Positions 1 to 10,012 of a DNA stretch of 64,000 bases are shown in pieces. Positions within the stretch are counted from its first letter, which is position 1, and the number at the start of each line of letters is the position of its first letter. The DNA is from a virus (lineage: Duplodnaviria > Caudoviricetes), in IMG/VR virus record IMGVR_UViG_3300020036_009553, positions 1 through 64,000 of that record; one strand, 5' to 3'. The notes beneath the pieces were generated by a model. It had not been told where the DNA came from. It made no database searches and was given only the letters and a program-made list of their open reading frames with translations. A program made the position numbers and the translations under genes.

Positions 1-510
1 ACCGGAGAACTCGCTACTCTCGGTACATTAATCCGCGACAGACTTTATGACCAAGGTATTAAGCTCAATCATAAGATTGCAGGGGTTAATGCCAACAAGT
101 ATACATCCGGGTTTTTTGGTGAGCTCCTCGTTGCTGCAGATTTGAAGAATCGTGGCGCAACCACAGCCCACCTTCGGTCCAGGAGAGACCGACTCGGTAA
201 TATTAACTTTCTTGAGTCCAACGACGTTGCAACTCGCAATGCATCGATAACATATGCTAACAACGCTGGTAGGCTGTATGTTCACATTGACCGTTTGGAA
301 TCGCAGGGCAACAGTGATATTCTCACAATGATTAATCGTACTGATTGGAGTATTTGGTCAGCCCCTCGTGTTGTGTGGCAGACAGCTGTTGCAACGTTGC
401 CCGTCTGGAGACGGGCATATTATGTACCAGTCAGTGTATTTGAAGCCGCTGGTGGAGAGATTGTTCAACTATGCAGTGCCCTACGTGATCCACTACTGCT
501 GATTGAGTAA
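1..510 (+). CDS. 5'-truncated hypothetical protein (frame open from base 1)
   Basis: The frame of ORF 142..510 has no stop back to position 1. Confidence 0.6.
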   Translation, partial: TGELATLGTLIRDRLYDQGIKLNHKIAGVNANKYTSGFFGELLVAADLKNRGATTAHLRSRRDRLGNINFLESNDVATRNASITYANNAGRLYVHIDRLESQGNSDILTMINRTDWSIWSAPRVVWQTAVATLPVWRRAYYVPVSVFEAAGGEIVQLCSALRDPLLLIE

Positions 511-552
511 TTGCATTAAAATAATACTAACATAACAATAAGGATAACAAAT

Positions 553-1098
553 ATGTTTTTAAACCCCAAACAAGCTATTGCTGAAGGATGGATCAAGGGT
601 ATTGCCAACCTCGACAAACAGATTCAACCAAATGCTATTGATTTTACGTTAGATGTAGTTCATACAATAGACTATCTTTCGCGACCATATATTTGCGAAG
701 ATAAGTCACGAATTAAGATGCGGCCCACCACCGTATATCCTACCAAAGTTGATTTAACCCAACAGCGCCCAATCTGGGAATTGTTGGCTGGTAGAGTATT
801 TGATGGTACGTCAAACGTATATCTCGATCTACCCAAGGGGGTAGCAGCATTGCCAGTGTTTTCTAGGTCAACCTTTGCTAGGAATGGAATATTCATCGTG
901 AGTGGATTGTACGATTCGGGATATTCAGGACATATTGGGTTTACAATTTACACCATTGGTGGAATGATTGCGATTGAGCCAGGCACACGTATTGGGCAAA
1001 TTGCTTTTGTTGAAGCTGATTCGGCTAAATTATACGCGGGCGGGTACAATCATACCGAAGGTACTCATTATACAGAACAAACACAAACCTTACAATAA
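553..1098 (+). CDS. dcd: dCTP deaminase / trimeric dUTPase family protein
   Basis: IQPNAIDF, SRSTFARNG, GLYDSGYSG and RIGQI motifs. Confidence 0.8.
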   Translation: MFLNPKQAIAEGWIKGIANLDKQIQPNAIDFTLDVVHTIDYLSRPYICEDKSRIKMRPTTVYPTKVDLTQQRPIWELLAGRVFDGTSNVYLDLPKGVAALPVFSRSTFARNGIFIVSGLYDSGYSGHIGFTIYTIGGMIAIEPGTRIGQIAFVEADSAKLYAGGYNHTEGTHYTEQTQTLQ

Positions 1099-1111
1099 AG
1101 GAAATATTAAA

Positions 1112-1303
1112 ATGACACAAATTTCAATGCCAACCCCTGAACAATTATTTGAACTCGCACAACGAGTGTCCGTTCTCGAGGGTCAAATGACAGCCGTTGC
1201 TTCCCTACTGAATATTCCGCAGATTACTAATAGGAATAGTCAGGATCGAACAGAAACAGGAATGGGTCCGTTAGTTTCGCCAGAACGTACATCATTCCTG
1301 TGA
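1112..1303 (+). CDS. small hypothetical protein
   Basis: AAGGA RBS before ATG 1112; fills the gap between neighbours. Confidence 0.55.
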   Translation: MTQISMPTPEQLFELAQRVSVLEGQMTAVASLLNIPQITNRNSQDRTETGMGPLVSPERTSFL

Positions 1304-1325
1304 GCACAGGGGGAGGATTATTACA

Positions 1326-1943
1326 ATGACTGATTCGACCACCCCAAGAGGATTTTTTAAATATCTACTAGTAGCTGATAGTGAGACATCAGGATTGTTC
1401 ATGAATGCTGATGATCCTTCTTTTAATCCTGCTACCAACCAAACATACCAATCTGTATCTTGGGGGATGATTGTTGTTGATACAACTACGCTGAAAATCG
1501 TTGATACTTTATACGTTGAAATCAAATGGGACGGCGTAAGTATTTGGTCCAAAGAAGCACAGGCCGTTCATGGACTAACGATTAAGTATCTTGAAGAAAA
1601 CGCACTCTCTCCTGAAGATGCTGTGGTGGAAATTGCCTCCCTCATATTAAAATACTGGGGACCTGATAATCCTGTGTGTTTAGCCGGACATAATGTTGGA
1701 TCATTTGACATTTGGTTTCTGAAACGATTGTTACGTGATCACCAAATCAATATCAAATTTGGTGCAAGAGTGATCGATACTAACGGTATTGGATTCGCAG
1801 TATACAACACATACAACTCCGATGATTTGTTTGCTGCTTGCGGGGTAGAAAAACGAGCCCAGCACAATGCCTTGGATGATGCCAAAGCCGTATTACGAGT
1901 ATTGCGGACAACTCGTCGCCTCTTACAGGAAGATGCAAAATGA
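1326..1943 (+). CDS. DEDDh 3'-5' exonuclease (DnaQ/RNase T-like)
   Basis: ExoI DSETSG, ExoII GHNVGSFD, ExoIII HNALDDA. Confidence 0.85.
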   Translation: MTDSTTPRGFFKYLLVADSETSGLFMNADDPSFNPATNQTYQSVSWGMIVVDTTTLKIVDTLYVEIKWDGVSIWSKEAQAVHGLTIKYLEENALSPEDAVVEIASLILKYWGPDNPVCLAGHNVGSFDIWFLKRLLRDHQINIKFGARVIDTNGIGFAVYNTYNSDDLFAACGVEKRAQHNALDDAKAVLRVLRTTRRLLQEDAK

Positions 1944-2383
1944 TTGATTACAGCGCCCCAACATATGATGAATTGCACGAACTGTCTTTGCAGATATGTC
2001 GCCAATTATGCCTACTATCGTTTGATGGAGTTATAGCTCCATCGCGTGGTGGGTTACTATTTGGAATGATCGCTTCTCATTTTTTCAAGGTCCCATTAAT
2101 TCCCATTTCGTATTCATCAAAAAAGGGAAAGGGCGACGATAAAAACCACGACAATATTCTTCCTGAAATACCAACAGGTAATTACCTGTTGGTGGATGAT
2201 ATTTGTGATAGTGGGCAAACCATGCTTGAATTAATGAACTTTTACGCAGGTGAGCGTAACAATGTTGTGTATACAGCAGCGTGGTATTGCAAAGCATCAC
2301 CCGCCTATTTTCCAACTATGTATGGGGTTTGGGATAGGAACAACAAAATGGGGTTTATTAACTTTCCATATGAAGTGCAATAA
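1940..2383 (+). CDS. type I phosphoribosyltransferase (purine/Gpt-like)
   Basis: SRGGL and PRPP-binding loop LLVDDICDSGQT. Confidence 0.85.
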   Translation: MIDYSAPTYDELHELSLQICRQLCLLSFDGVIAPSRGGLLFGMIASHFFKVPLIPISYSSKKGKGDDKNHDNILPEIPTGNYLLVDDICDSGQTMLELMNFYAGERNNVVYTAAWYCKASPAYFPTMYGVWDRNNKMGFINFPYEVQ

Positions 2384-2389
2384 CGAGTT

Positions 2390-2596
2390 ATGGCATATAA
2401 TATTATTAATGTTATCAAGGATGCAGTCACAGGCAACTTAAAATTTGCTTCACGGGAAATTATTGCTGATCGTAGATCTATTTGTAATAATTGTGAAGTT
2501 CGTAATGAAGTAATTGATGTGTGTACTGCTTGTGGTTGTTTTCTCCCCACGAAAATCAGATTAACTAAATCTGCTTGCCCAATGGAATTGTGGTAA
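2390..2596 (+). CDS. small Cys-rich putative metal-binding protein
   Basis: CxxC, CxxCGC and CP..W pattern. Confidence 0.6.
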   Translation: MAYNIINVIKDAVTGNLKFASREIIADRRSICNNCEVRNEVIDVCTACGCFLPTKIRLTKSACPMELW

Positions 2597-2678
2597 GATA
2601 GTTGAAATTAATACGACAAAAAGATATACTAATTTATAGCGTTATGTTTTTATGGTTAAAAATTAATAAGGAAATAAT

Positions 2679-3281
2679 ATGAAGTCCCCATTGTCATGGC
2701 CCGTTAGACTTGGGCTGATTGCCCATTTTTCTCCATCTGATGAACAAATTTGTTCAGCATTTTCCATTACTGCATCTGAATTATCAACAGCTAGACATCT
2801 TGCTTCGGTTGGAGCATTTAAAGCAGAAGTTGTTTCAGATGCTGAACAATATTCAAATTTGTTCAGTGGGAATGTTCCCACAACATCAAGTGTGGTTCAA
2901 GATGTAAACTCAATCATGAATGAACCACCAGTGGATAAGCCTCGTGCGTATACCACATATGCAAAACCAGTGCCGGTGGTCAAAGCCGCCCCACCCGAAA
3001 CAGCAACAAAAAGGGTTAAACCTCCTCAAAAAAGAGGAAGGAAAGGTAATAATATTATTACAGCACTGCTGGCTGTTTCTTTGTTTCCTGAACCCGCTCA
3101 AGAATTTGCTGAAAAGCATGGAGTGTCCATTGCAGTACTTCGCCAATCTAAGCGATTCATCAGTGCAATGGAACCATCTATAGCTAATATAATTGGGAAA
3201 ATTAATGTCCGTCAAGATAAAGAAACGAAAGTGTTGATGATTTGGCGCGATAGTAAGGATCAAGATGATATCACTAATTGA
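2679..3281 (+). CDS. hypothetical protein with basic patch (possible nucleic-acid binding)
   Basis: AAGGA RBS; KKPPQKRGRKG-like basic segment (VKPPQKRGRKG). Confidence 0.6.
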   Translation: MKSPLSWPVRLGLIAHFSPSDEQICSAFSITASELSTARHLASVGAFKAEVVSDAEQYSNLFSGNVPTTSSVVQDVNSIMNEPPVDKPRAYTTYAKPVPVVKAAPPETATKRVKPPQKRGRKGNNIITALLAVSLFPEPAQEFAEKHGVSIAVLRQSKRFISAMEPSIANIIGKINVRQDKETKVLMIWRDSKDQDDITN

Positions 3282-3436
3282 TGGAGCATTCTTGTTGATT
3301 GGGTTCATTGTTGCATTTGTATTGATTTCACAAATAATCATCCCAAAAATTAGTAATACTCCAATATTTCCAATTCTTAGGGGTAAAATAAAACAAACAA
3401 AAGAGATATAATCTATTTGTTCTACGGAGACTATAA

Positions 3437-3656
3437 ATGAGTACAGCACAAGAGAGGATTGGCTTAGTTCTGGATAGAATTAACAATCAAATTCAAGATA
3501 ATGATGAATTGGCAGAAACATATGTAACATTTTTTTGATGAAATGCTATCGTGCATGTTAGAAGAAGGCCAATTTGGTAATGATGGACAAGAAGACCCAC
3601 GTGGCAACCAACGAACAGGAAGTTGGGATATGACATGTGTGGAAGGAGACGAATAA
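3437..3656 (+). pseudogene. small acidic protein gene interrupted by a +1 frameshift at a T7 run
   Basis: GGAGA RBS and ATG 3437; TTT TTT TGA at 3530-3538; +1 frame continues to TAA 3654-3656, abutting the next ATG. Confidence 0.5.
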
Positions 3657-4001
3657 ATGTTTACAATTAATTTTAAAGTACAAAAAACAATTCCAAAGGC
3701 CCGCGTATATAATGATCGTTATCATATTTACGTAATGAAAATGACAGCAAACACCAAAAACAAAAAACGGTACTATATTGGGTATACGACAGAAGGACTA
3801 TTCAATAAAATGCACCGACATTTGGTCACTCCGGGCCGAGATATTCAACGGGCATTGCTCACAAGCAAGGATGTAACGATCACAATTGTCAACACTACTC
3901 GAACTGAACAAGCTGCTAGATCGGTTAAAAGGAATCTCATTCACAAATTCGCCAAAAACCATCACATGGTTAACATTCAAGATGCTATGTTTTTGTACTA
4001 A
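3657..4001 (+). CDS. GIY-YIG-like nuclease domain protein
   Basis: HIYVM...YYIGYT followed by basic/His residues. Confidence 0.5.
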   Translation: MFTINFKVQKTIPKARVYNDRYHIYVMKMTANTKNKKRYYIGYTTEGLFNKMHRHLVTPGRDIQRALLTSKDVTITIVNTTRTEQAARSVKRNLIHKFAKNHHMVNIQDAMFLY

Positions 4002-4034
4002 TAAATATTATGCATTAATTGAAAAGGAAAAATA

Positions 4035-4934
4035 ATGGCAAAATATGAATGGAGTGAGGTATTCACATCAATCGAAGGAGAGGGCCCCTACTCTGGCTGT
4101 CCTACAGCATATATTAGATTTGTAAAATGTAATTTTACGTGTAATGGGTTTAATAATCCCACAGGCGAAAATGTATCAACGATTCAAGCAATGGGGTTTA
4201 ATCCAAAAGACTATACAACATTAGCTGATATCCCTCCGATTACTCGTGGGTGCGATTCAATTTATTCATGGGATCCAAAGTTTTCTCATTTTTGGAAAAA
4301 GGGAGATGAAACAGAGTTAGGACAAGCATTAATTGAAACTCTCCCCCATAAATCTTTTGTTAATCCCTTTACGGGCCAACGAGTTATTTTATCATTAACT
4401 GGTGGCGAACCGACTCTGAGGGCAAAACAAATTCCAACGTTGATAAATTCGCCGTTGTTTCAACAGGTTAACCATTTGTTAATTGAAACTAATTGTGCTG
4501 TTCCATTACAATGGAGTTTTATTGGAGCGCTCAATGAATGGTTGGCTGTTGATCCAGCACGTAAGTTAACATGGAGCAACTCACCAAAGTTATCTGTATC
4601 TGGAGAAAAGTGGGAAGACGCAATTGTACCAAGTATTGCTTCAATGCAGCGAATGGTTACAGGGCTGCGGGATAAAAACCAAGTAGATCAATACTTTAAA
4701 TTTGTATGCGGTCCTACAGAAAAAGATTTTTTTGAAGTTAAGACCGCAATGCATGAGTATCATACCAAAGGGAATGTACCGTACACAACAGGAGTGTATA
4801 TCATGCCTGTGGCCTGCGTGGAGGATCAACAGCAAGAAATTTCTACCGCTGTGGCGTTAAAATGTATAGAAACTGGATATGTTTATTGTCACAGGGTTCA
4901 TTTATCGACGTTTGGGAATGCCATAGGAACTTAA
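4035..4934 (+). CDS. queE: QueE-like radical SAM enzyme (7-carboxy-7-deazaguanine synthase)
   Basis: EVFTSIEGEG, CNFTC...GCDS (CX3CX36C), LTGGEP, IETN, SPKL, R.H motifs. Confidence 0.8.
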   Translation: MAKYEWSEVFTSIEGEGPYSGCPTAYIRFVKCNFTCNGFNNPTGENVSTIQAMGFNPKDYTTLADIPPITRGCDSIYSWDPKFSHFWKKGDETELGQALIETLPHKSFVNPFTGQRVILSLTGGEPTLRAKQIPTLINSPLFQQVNHLLIETNCAVPLQWSFIGALNEWLAVDPARKLTWSNSPKLSVSGEKWEDAIVPSIASMQRMVTGLRDKNQVDQYFKFVCGPTEKDFFEVKTAMHEYHTKGNVPYTTGVYIMPVACVEDQQQEISTAVALKCIETGYVYCHRVHLSTFGNAIGT

Positions 4935-4936
4935 TA

Positions 4937-5185
4937 ATGGATTATATTGATTTTCAGCATGTAGTAAACATTAAACTATCCGATGATGAACTGACTGAAG
5001 CGAGAGCGTTCGTAAACAAGAGCCACACTGGAAGTAACCACATTCAAACCTCTGAGCAAGTATCTCCGGAATTAATGGATGCTCATTGGTCTATTAATGC
5101 TGGGCATATTATGGTCGTGCCATTACGTTTGTATTCAAATGGCAAATTAAAAATTATTAATGGGAGTGAAGATAATGACAACTAA
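4937..5185 (+). CDS. hypothetical protein
   Basis: ATG directly after the queE stop. Confidence 0.5.
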   Translation: MDYIDFQHVVNIKLSDDELTEARAFVNKSHTGSNHIQTSEQVSPELMDAHWSINAGHIMVVPLRLYSNGKLKIINGSEDNDN

Positions 5186-5417
5186 GTATCAAGTTAGTGT
5201 GATTATTACTGGCGGAACTGATAGTGGTAAAAACACGGTTACTCGTCTTATCCATAGATTGTTACAGGATAATTTGGTTAATGTGGTATCAGCTCCAGAA
5301 CTAACCTCGCCACATATAACAATTACTGATGAGGAATTGCTTCATTTGAAAGAGACCAAAGTAATCATATGGGAGCGAAACAGCGATACCCAACCACCCA
5401 GTAATAGGCAAAACTAA
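5175..5417 (+). CDS. small protein with Walker A-like motif
   Basis: ITGGTDSGKNT; too short for a complete kinase. Confidence 0.45.
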   Translation: MTTKYQVSVIITGGTDSGKNTVTRLIHRLLQDNLVNVVSAPELTSPHITITDEELLHLKETKVIIWERNSDTQPPSNRQN

Positions 5418-5458
5418 AAAATATTCTTATATATACTACGCAAAGGAGAATAACAATA

Positions 5459-5887
5459 ATGATGTATGAAAAAAAGGTAGTATATAGAGCTGGGGTAATT
5501 CCATATATTATTAACGGAGATGGTGTTCCAATTATGATGTTCATGAGACCATCTGATAGTGAATATGGTGGGGATTTGTTTCAACTAGCAAAAGGAAAAG
5601 TAGATGATGGAGAAACCTCTTTGGTAGCAGCATTGCGAGAGGCCAAAGAGGAATTAGGGCTGTTTATTGGGAATGTAATTTTTACTGAAGAGCTTGGTGT
5701 GTTCATGGGAAGAACCACTGTATTTCTAGCCAAAGTTAAGAAAAAAGACATGTTTGGTGAACCATCTTTTGAAACAAGCGATGTTAAGTGGATGTCATTA
5801 GATGAATTCATGGATGAAGGGCGGGATTTACATAAACCAGTTGTTCAAGCAGCAATGCGTCGGATTTGTGCCATTGAAAACATATAA
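5459..5887 (+). CDS. NUDIX hydrolase
   Basis: Nudix box GKVDDGETSLVAALREAKEELGL. Confidence 0.9.
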   Translation: MMYEKKVVYRAGVIPYIINGDGVPIMMFMRPSDSEYGGDLFQLAKGKVDDGETSLVAALREAKEELGLFIGNVIFTEELGVFMGRTTVFLAKVKKKDMFGEPSFETSDVKWMSLDEFMDEGRDLHKPVVQAAMRRICAIENI

Positions 5888-5890
5888 ATA
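5883..5890 (+). promoter_or_regulatory. T4-type late promoter TATAAATA (variants CATAAATA/AATAAATA at 4000, 6955, 8815, 34558; TATAAATA at 53566, 55212)
   Basis: Motif recurs just upstream of gene or tRNA starts; matches the T4 gp55 late promoter consensus. Confidence 0.6.
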
Positions 5891-5910
5891 CCTCTTTTGA
5901 GGAGAATTGT

Positions 5911-6939
5911 ATGTTTAAACGAGGACTTATTGTAGCATTAATGTTGGGCGTAGTAGGAACTGCATCTGCAGAAATTAATTGTGATCAGTTATCATCATTT
6001 CCACTGACTGTTATTTCGGGAGTTGCAGTTCCTGTTTGTGACACGGCTTGTCCAATGATTACCCCTCCACTGTGCACAGGATCATCAGGACCGTATCAAA
6101 ATATCTTGTTTTCTGCACTGACGGCAGGTAGTGATAGTACAGGATTGTCTGTTAACACAGCTGGGTATCAAGCAATTACCAGCAGCGATATTAATCCTAG
6201 TGATAGTACAGGATTGGCAAATGATGCTACCGTGTACACAGCAACAATTACTGTCGATGGAGTGGCTAAGTCTGTTTCTGTAACGGGATCAACCGCCCAA
6301 ACTTTTACCACACTGATGAACCAAATCAATACGGATCTCGGAGCATCAGCAACAATTGCTATCAACACAAATCGTCTCCGTGTAACATCTGCCACAACAG
6401 GAACCAGTTCAACTGTCAGTATTGCTGATACTGATTTGTTTAGTTCTCTCACTGGGTATGCTTCCCTAGCATCTGCTGTCGTCGGTACTGCTCCAGTATA
6501 CACAGCAACGATCAATGTAAATGGAACCAGCAAGGCAATTAGTATTGCAGGTGCATCTGCACAAACTTTCACAGCATTAGTGTCAGAGCTTAACACAGAT
6601 ATTGGTGCTCAAGGAACAGCGGTTCTTGATGTTCCAAATAAACAAATTAAAGTTCGGTCATTATCTACTGGTCCAACAGCCACTATTAATATTACTGCGG
6701 GAACTCTTCTTCCAGCATTGGCTAATTACACCAGTTTGTCGCCTGTGCAGGTTGGTGGAATACCAACTGTTACTCCTAAAAAGTCATCTAACATTGGAGA
6801 TTATACCAATGTAGTATGTACTAACATTGCCACATTTCCAAAAGTAACAAAGGGAGCAAACGTATATCCTAAATGCGTCCAAAAATGTCAACAAGTTCGT
6901 CCACCTAAGTGTGTTGATTATAATAGTGAATTAAACTAA
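5911..6939 (+). CDS. exported or virion-associated Thr/Ser-rich protein with two internal repeats
   Basis: N-terminal signal peptide; repeat VYTATIxVxG...AQTFTxL...NTDxG twice; Cys clusters at both ends. Confidence 0.65.
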   Translation: MFKRGLIVALMLGVVGTASAEINCDQLSSFPLTVISGVAVPVCDTACPMITPPLCTGSSGPYQNILFSALTAGSDSTGLSVNTAGYQAITSSDINPSDSTGLANDATVYTATITVDGVAKSVSVTGSTAQTFTTLMNQINTDLGASATIAINTNRLRVTSATTGTSSTVSIADTDLFSSLTGYASLASAVVGTAPVYTATINVNGTSKAISIAGASAQTFTALVSELNTDIGAQGTAVLDVPNKQIKVRSLSTGPTATINITAGTLLPALANYTSLSPVQVGGIPTVTPKKSSNIGDYTNVVCTNIATFPKVTKGANVYPKCVQKCQQVRPPKCVDYNSELN

Positions 6940-6992
6940 TAATTCACATATTATCATAAATAATCACTATTACACATTGAAGGAGAAAACCA

Positions 6993-7748
6993 ATGGCTGG
7001 ATGGAATTTAAATGAACTGCGAGCAATCGCTGGGTTACCGCTAAATGAACGATATGACGACGATGACGATGATGGATTGTCGAGGGCTGAGCGCGAGTTG
7101 GCCTCAAAAGCTGACAAAGAGTTAAAAGCAAAGGGAGTCAAAGTTCCTGACATTGATCCTGATAAGGATATTAGTAAGGCAGCCAATCGTTCAAAAACAA
7201 AAAAAGATGCTGCTGATACTACTGCCGATGAAGAAGAACCAGCTGCGACAGCAAAGGAAGAACCAGCTGCGACAGCAAAGGAAGAACCAGCTGCTAAAAA
7301 AGAAGAACCAGCTGCTAAAAAAGAAGAACCAACTGTGGCGAAAAAGCGTGGTAGGTCTGCTGATCCAAATAGTAACATGTCTGTTGGTCGCGAATGGATC
7401 AAGAATCACCCTGATGCTTCGCTCGGTCAATGGAAGGATCACTGTGCAGCAACAGGTTTGATGGTACCTGCACAAGCGAGTGCATTCTTTTACCGTCACT
7501 CAGTAAAAGCAACTCGTAATCCAAAGACAAAAGGACAGACATCTGAGAGCGTATGGATGTTTGCTCACCCAATGCAACCATCATTTTACTTGCATGAAAA
7601 TGCTGGAATGGGAACATATGAATGGGTAAATGAGTCGGAAGCCAAGATGCCGGTTGTGTTAGAAACCATTGAGGATGCGAATCGGTTAGTCCAATTCTTA
7701 TCTGACTGGAAATCAATATCTGTTAAAGTACAAAAAGTCGGTATATAA
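6993..7748 (+). CDS. charged low-complexity protein, possibly an internal head protein
   Basis: LNELRAIAGLPLNE N-terminus, KEEPAA repeats, late-promoter motif upstream. Confidence 0.6.
   Translation: MAGWNLNELRAIAGLPLNERYDDDDDDGLSRAERELASKADKELKAKGVKVPDIDPDKDISKAANRSKTKKDAADTTADEEEPAATAKEEPAATAKEEPAAKKEEPAAKKEEPTVAKKRGRSADPNSNMSVGREWIKNHPDASLGQWKDHCAATGLMVPAQASAFFYRHSVKATRNPKTKGQTSESVWMFAHPMQPSFYLHENAGMGTYEWVNESEAKMPVVLETIEDANRLVQFLSDWKSISVKVQKVGI
7232..7331 (+). repeat. coding tandem repeat (24- and 21-bp units, EEPAATAK/EEPAAKK)
   Basis: GAAGAACCAGCTGC repeated. Confidence 0.85.
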
Positions 7749-7763
7749 GTTTGTTTTTATAGA

Positions 7764-7800
7764 GAATAAAGAAGGCCCCCGTTGCCTTCTTTATTCATTT
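7764..7800 (+). terminator. intrinsic terminator-like hairpin
   Basis: GAATAAAGAAGGC/GCCTTCTTTATTC inverted repeat. Confidence 0.6.
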
Positions 7801-7891
7801 CTCGTATAATTATACTATACAGAGGCCTATTAGTTCACCCCTCTCAAAATATTCTGCACTACAATATAATAATTAAAACAATGGAGGGAAA

Positions 7892-8812
7892 ATGAGTTAT
7901 ATTTCTAGTATGTTTCTGAGCGATATCTCAGTGGTGGATCACGCATATATCGACGATCGTGGTAATATTGTTGGAGGATCATTCAATCCAACTTTCCTAG
8001 TAACAGGCGAATTGGATCCAGTTGAGCAAGTGGTTGTTGACTTTTCTTCTGTCAAAAAACAAATTAAACAAATTATTGATGACAAAGAAACAGGGTTTGA
8101 TCATAAACTGTGGTTTATTGAAAAATATTCCAATGGTGATTGGTATTTTGATAAATTCGATAAAATTGCTACACGAATAACGATTATCACCCCAACTACG
8201 GAAATCCGTATTCCACGGAACGCAGTCACAATTATCTCCGAGAGAGATATATTTGATTATTCTATTGCTTCTATTGGTGTAGCACTAGAGCGAAAGGTTC
8301 AAGCAGAACTAAGAGTACTTCACCCACACGCGAACATTACGGTCAAATGCATCAATAATCAAAATTGTCATTATCCAACACAATATATACAATCAACATT
8401 GTTTAGATATACTCACGGACTGAAGGATTCTACTTCGTGGGGTTGCCAAAATGTTGCACACGGACACTTATCATATATCCAAGCAATTGCAGACGGCCCA
8501 AATAATGAACAGCAATTAACTGCTTTGGAATCAATAGGACGGGAGCTAGATGATACAGTGTTCATAATGGAGGATAATATTTCCCATGCATCTCAACAGA
8601 CCGTGACGGTAGATTATACCACGGGGAGAGGCCAATTTCTTGTGACATACCGTAAAGATGCATACAAGTTATCGATTCTTGAAACTGAGACAACTGTTGA
8701 GCATCTTGTTGAGTTTATTGCTGCAAAATATGGAGCCGAATTAAAAGAACTTGGAGTTATTAAGTTGTTTGTGTCTGAAGGATTATCAAAAGGTGCGTTT
8801 GTTACTCTTTAA
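7892..8812 (+). CDS. queD: QueD-like 6-carboxytetrahydropterin synthase (long two-domain type)
   Basis: VDFSSVKK..DHKLW, YTHGLK, CQNVAHGH and ETTVEH motifs; queE nearby. Confidence 0.7.
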   Translation: MSYISSMFLSDISVVDHAYIDDRGNIVGGSFNPTFLVTGELDPVEQVVVDFSSVKKQIKQIIDDKETGFDHKLWFIEKYSNGDWYFDKFDKIATRITIITPTTEIRIPRNAVTIISERDIFDYSIASIGVALERKVQAELRVLHPHANITVKCINNQNCHYPTQYIQSTLFRYTHGLKDSTSWGCQNVAHGHLSYIQAIADGPNNEQQLTALESIGRELDDTVFIMEDNISHASQQTVTVDYTTGRGQFLVTYRKDAYKLSILETETTVEHLVEFIAAKYGAELKELGVIKLFVSEGLSKGAFVTL

Positions 8813-8851
8813 CACATAAATACAATCATCTATTTTAGGAGATTGACTAGA

Positions 8852-9925
8852 ATGAAATTGAATTTATTAAAAGAAGCGCAACTTGCTTCAAACATGACCG
8901 AACAAGAGCATGCTATGCTCAAAACCGCAGCAATCGCATTAGGTAAGCAAACAGCGGTTGAATTGTTGGAGTCATTTCGCCCAACTAGGGATGATTACAC
9001 AAAATGGTTGTCAACGATAGTTGGACACGCAGCTGATAACAAAATTAATATCAACAGAAGAACAAATTTTGATGCAATTGCTTACGACATGTTTGAAAAT
9101 GATCCAACCCCACCTCCATACGAAATGGAGCAAATGATCGTTAAGAAACTTTGGTCAGATTACCAAGCAGCCCGGCACGGAACTCGTATCGATCAAGTTG
9201 CTCAGGCCCAAGAAGATGAAGAAGAATTGGATAAGGCTGCTCGCGATTTTGAACAAAACGGTGAGTTTAGTGGATCTACGGAAGATGATTCTCTCGAGTT
9301 AGATGACTCAGGCGAATTTGATGATGTGGGCGGTGCTGATGATTCAGAGTTGGGGGATGACACAGAAGAAGATCCATATTTAGTGTATCAACAGAATGGT
9401 GGTACGTTGAGTAGGGAAGCTTTTGATGATGACACAGCAGAATTAGACGATGAAGAATTTGAACAATACATCAAATGTGGGAATGCTGATAGTTGTGATG
9501 ATTCTGGCGTAGATGACGATCTTGATATTGATCCACAAGGGGAAGAAGACTTAGATTTTGATGATATTGATCCTGAAGTATCAGCAATTGCTGATCGGGT
9601 AATGCATCCATCTCGCGAGCCACGAATCAGCAATGAAGAGGAGGAAGTGCCAGTAGCACAAAAATCTTCATCTCCGTCTGCCAAGACCAACTTCCTGAAA
9701 TCAATGTTGTCTAGTCCCAGGACAAATATTAGTAGTGCATTGAAAGATGTTGCTGATGATGCTGCGAATGCGTGGAAGGCTCACGAATTGCCAACGAACC
9801 CACATCCAAAAAATTCAATGGCATATAAAGCATGGGAACGAGGATTGACAAAAGCGGTTCAAGATCATTTTGGGCTTGCTAAAGCGTCTTTGGTTACTAG
9901 TAAAGGCAAAGCAAAAAAACGATAA
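8852..9925 (+). CDS. highly acidic protein, possibly prohead core/internal protein
   Basis: Long D/E-rich middle; late-promoter motif at 8815. Confidence 0.6.
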   Translation: MKLNLLKEAQLASNMTEQEHAMLKTAAIALGKQTAVELLESFRPTRDDYTKWLSTIVGHAADNKININRRTNFDAIAYDMFENDPTPPPYEMEQMIVKKLWSDYQAARHGTRIDQVAQAQEDEEELDKAARDFEQNGEFSGSTEDDSLELDDSGEFDDVGGADDSELGDDTEEDPYLVYQQNGGTLSREAFDDDTAELDDEEFEQYIKCGNADSCDDSGVDDDLDIDPQGEEDLDFDDIDPEVSAIADRVMHPSREPRISNEEEEVPVAQKSSSPSAKTNFLKSMLSSPRTNISSALKDVADDAANAWKAHELPTNPHPKNSMAYKAWERGLTKAVQDHFGLAKASLVTSKGKAKKR

Positions 9926-10012
9926 TATTTGATCGTTAATTTAAGACAACACGAGTGGTGGATAATATTTTACCACTCGTGTTTAATATAATCTCACTCA
10001 AATTGGAAAATA

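Noticed and set aside
5175-5417. Assigning a nucleotide kinase from the Walker A-like motif
   Set aside because: Only 80 aa, with the rest of the fold missing.
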